From contig CAZVIC010000002.1 in the NCBI GenBank assembly GCA_964627735.1, positions 1-36,552 of the forward strand: a stretch of 36,552 nt of DNA, given 5' to 3'. Every line of letters starts with the position of its first letter. Positions within the stretch are counted from its first letter, which is position 1. A model generated the notes under the pieces. That model was not told the origin of the DNA, searched no databases, and was given only the letters and a program-made list of their open reading frames with translations. Made by a program: the position numbers and the translations under genes. Below are positions 34,869 to 36,552 of the stretch, piece by piece. This stretch comes from an uncultured Planctomycetia bacterium (GTDB taxonomy: Bacteria > Omnitrophota > Gorgyraeia > Kaelpiales > Kaelpiaceae).

Positions 34869-35182
34869 GAAGATTATCTGTGTTTTAAGTAGTTCGCTCT
34901 GTTTTAGAGCCCTTATTTGCAAGCCGTTGATGTTTAAGCACATCCCTCATATGCGAAGTTAACATAAGATATATTATCGGACGTTGTGAGTTTAGATTGA
35001 GGGAGTCTGAGATTAGTGCCTTTTCTGGCTTTCCAGATAGTTGATAAGCTTTGGCAGGCTTATTTGTAGCTGGATAAATGCTATACAACTCTATTCTTCT
35101 ATCGTTATTACTGCTTTAAGCCTATGTTCTCTATTAGATCTCTTTGTAGCCAAAAAGATAGCTCTTACACTAAATGTGAGCA

Positions 35183-35212
35183 TAAAAACCGTTAGGCGAG
35201 CAAACCGCCTAA
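35183..35212 (-). terminator. Candidate intrinsic terminator on the minus strand
   Basis: The minus strand reads TTAGGCG-GTTTGCT-CGCCTAA followed by CGGTTTTTAT. It lies ~100 nt downstream of the HTH gene stop. The U-tract is present only in the minus orientation. Confidence 0.45.
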
Positions 35213-35311
35213 AATAGCCTGTCGTTTTTGTCGTGTTTTTCGATAGCACTAGTTGTGTAAATCATTGATGACAAACACTTTACAATAAAGTTTTTCAAAT
35301 GTAGCGACATT

Positions 35312-35998
35312 TCAGGTTATTGTTTTTTGTTTTTCATTTTCCGCTTCGTAGCCTTCTATCATTTTTCCAATCACAGCCCCTCTCTCATTTCCCATAGCTC
35401 TAGAAACATCAAGAATATTTTGCCATTGCTGTGAATTCATTGAATTCATTCGTTTTTTTAATGATTCTATTTCTCCTCTGTCCATCTCTTCTACTTCTTT
35501 TTTTACACTTTCAATAGCATCTAAACCTTGCTCTTTACTTAGATATCCTAAACGACTTAAAAGTGTGGCTTCGTTCATTTCAATTTGATCGCACATGAAA
35601 ATTATACGAGTTTTTTCATAATCTGATAAGTTATCTGAATAAGATAGGCGCCATAATCTCTGATAGCGCAATCTTGAATTACTAAGCATTTCTCCTAGTA
35701 GTTCATTTTGGAAATTTGCTCCAATTTTTAAAGAATTTTCTACCCTTACATTTGCAATATATCGTTCTACCGTCCTACTACACACTTGTAATATCTCTGC
35801 TATATCTTCTTTTTTATATCCTCGCCTACTTTTATAATGTACAGCCAATTTTTCTAGTACTGTCTTGTCCAACATTTTAGAATTAACGGTTTGGTTTTCA
35901 ATAAGCCTGGCAAGCTCAGGTATAGATAAGTCGCTGATATCAGAAGACGATTCTTCTAAACAATTTTCTTTTTTAACTTTATTCTGTTTTTTGGTCAT
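35312..35998 (-). CDS. HTH-containing alpha-helical protein, phage small-terminase-like or regulator (family uncertain)
   Basis: HTH YKKEDIAEILQVCSRTVERYIANV after a charged N-terminus, and a long helical C-terminal part ending in LLSRLGYLSKEQG-type segments. SD AGGAGG upstream. ATGA overlap with the upstream gene. Confidence 0.55.
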   Translation of the reverse strand: MTKKQNKVKKENCLEESSSDISDLSIPELARLIENQTVNSKMLDKTVLEKLAVHYKSRRGYKKEDIAEILQVCSRTVERYIANVRVENSLKIGANFQNELLGEMLSNSRLRYQRLWRLSYSDNLSDYEKTRIIFMCDQIEMNEATLLSRLGYLSKEQGLDAIESVKKEVEEMDRGEIESLKKRMNSMNSQQWQNILDVSRAMGNERGAVIGKMIEGYEAENEKQKTIT

Positions 35999-36210
35999 GA
36001 CCTCCTTTCTCCACGTTTTAAGTTTTTTAAAATCTCGCTCATGTCATGCTCTATTATAGCCTTCCAAATATGTGCTACGAAGATTTGTTTGATGGTGATG
36101 TTAGGAAAACCAGTTGGAGCAAGTATATCAAAAATTTTAGTGTCCCAATCCTTGGCCAGGCTCTCAATTGATGCTCGTAAAGCGTCCTCTCCCCTACCAC
36201 AATTTTTCAT
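35995..36210 (-). CDS. Hypothetical protein (71 aa)
   Basis: SD AAGGAG ~10 nt upstream. It is translationally coupled on both sides (TAATG and ATGA junctions). No family is recognised. Confidence 0.5.
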   Translation of the reverse strand: MKNCGRGEDALRASIESLAKDWDTKIFDILAPTGFPNITIKQIFVAHIWKAIIEHDMSEILKNLKRGERRS

Positions 36211-36473
36211 TATTTCTTCTCCTTTTTATTTTTTTTATCTTTTATATTTTTAACTGATTTTTTAGGATAAATATTAAATGCTTTGGCTATAGTATCAAGA
36301 GCATGGTAAATTTCTGCTCGTGAATCAAAACCACGATTTTCAAATAGAAAATGTCCGAAACCACAATAATCAACAGATTTATTAGGATTTCTACTAATAA
36401 CTTTAAACTTAAATTTAAGCATAGATATGCGTAGATTAACTAAAAATTCTCCACTCTTATTACTGGCGTACAC
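36210..36473 (-). CDS. Hypothetical protein (87 aa, lysine-rich tail); start uncertain
   Basis: The longest ORF in this stretch, but it starts at a GTG without an SD. The nearby strong SD serves a different frame (see findings). Confidence 0.4.
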   Translation of the reverse strand: MYASNKSGEFLVNLRISMLKFKFKVISRNPNKSVDYCGFGHFLFENRGFDSRAEIYHALDTIAKAFNIYPKKSVKNIKDKKNKKEKK

Positions 36474-36552
36474 TTGTTATTCTTTCGTATGCATGACATT
36501 CTACCTCCTTTTTAAAATATTGGTTTACATTCATAACTCCAAATTTTTGATT

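Noticed and set aside
34901-34910. GTTTTAGAGC string identical to the start of the Streptococcus pyogenes Cas9 repeat, followed by a sequence vaguely like a tracrRNA complement
   Set aside because: It is a single copy with no repeat-spacer periodicity and no cas genes in the window. A 10-mer match is expected by chance in AT-rich DNA.
34123-35068. 10-mer CTTATTTGTA present on both sides of the GNAT-like gene (34123-34132 and 35059-35068), considered as att-like direct repeats
   Set aside because: Repeated 10-mers are expected many times by chance in 36 kb of AT-rich sequence, and the match does not extend.
34885-35088. 67-aa minus-strand ORF in the long spacer
   Set aside because: It requires a TTG start, has no SD, and resembles no family. 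I looked for tyrosine-recombinase C-terminal motifs and found none. It is kept only as part of the spacer finding.
35865-36253. Plus-strand ORFs of 64 and 70 aa at the window end
   Set aside because: They lie opposite the minus-strand genes, which have SD sequences and coupled start/stop junctions. The plus-strand ORFs have neither.

Overview
AT-rich (roughly mid-30s % GC by eye, not computed), very tightly packed bacterial chromosome segment. It probably comes from an uncultivated diderm lineage, since LpxL-type acyltransferase, MsbA-like exporter, Tat and GmhB genes are present. I cannot assign a taxon from sequence alone. About 43 genes run almost uninterrupted on the + strand (only mazG is on -), with many 1-17 nt start/stop overlaps. 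The content is mostly housekeeping:
- MsbA-like ABC (5' truncated), nfo, leuS, comEA/comEC, tatA/tatC, a GGDEF cyclase, queF and apbE.
- NAD(P)HX epimerase, a split methionine synthase, an AsnC regulator with an aminotransferase, and an envelope glycolipid/sugar-nucleotide cluster (UgtP-like GT28, LpxL-like acyltransferase, ugd, polyprenyl synthase, RfbE-like epimerase, gmhB).
- Family-4 UDG, priA-def-fmt, one tRNA-Arg(CCG), PilZ, era, and a nucleotide house-cleaning group (mazG, YfcE-like, HIT, YjbQ).

No CRISPR array, rRNA, transposase, integrase or recognisable defence gene is visible. The observations most worth a second look:
1. A single ORF fuses a DUF523/TudS-type Fe-S desulfidase domain to a Trbp111/CsaA-type tRNA-binding domain. 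It overlaps a PilZ gene just downstream of the tRNA.
2. The last ~2.4 kb departs from the core pattern. It holds a signal-peptide GNAT-like protein, an inverted repeat, a ~466-nt stretch with no convincing gene, and a strand switch into three translationally coupled unknown genes ending in an HTH/small-terminase-like protein and a terminator. This may be the edge of a prophage, satellite or island that continues beyond the window.
3. Several smaller architectural oddities: a GGDEF domain with a C-terminal anchor, a polyprenyl synthase with a degenerate second Asp-rich motif, a TRASH/FCS zinc-finger protein with an acidic tail, a stand-alone lipoyl-like domain, and candidate leaderless genes.

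All functional calls rest on motif recognition by eye. No database search was run.
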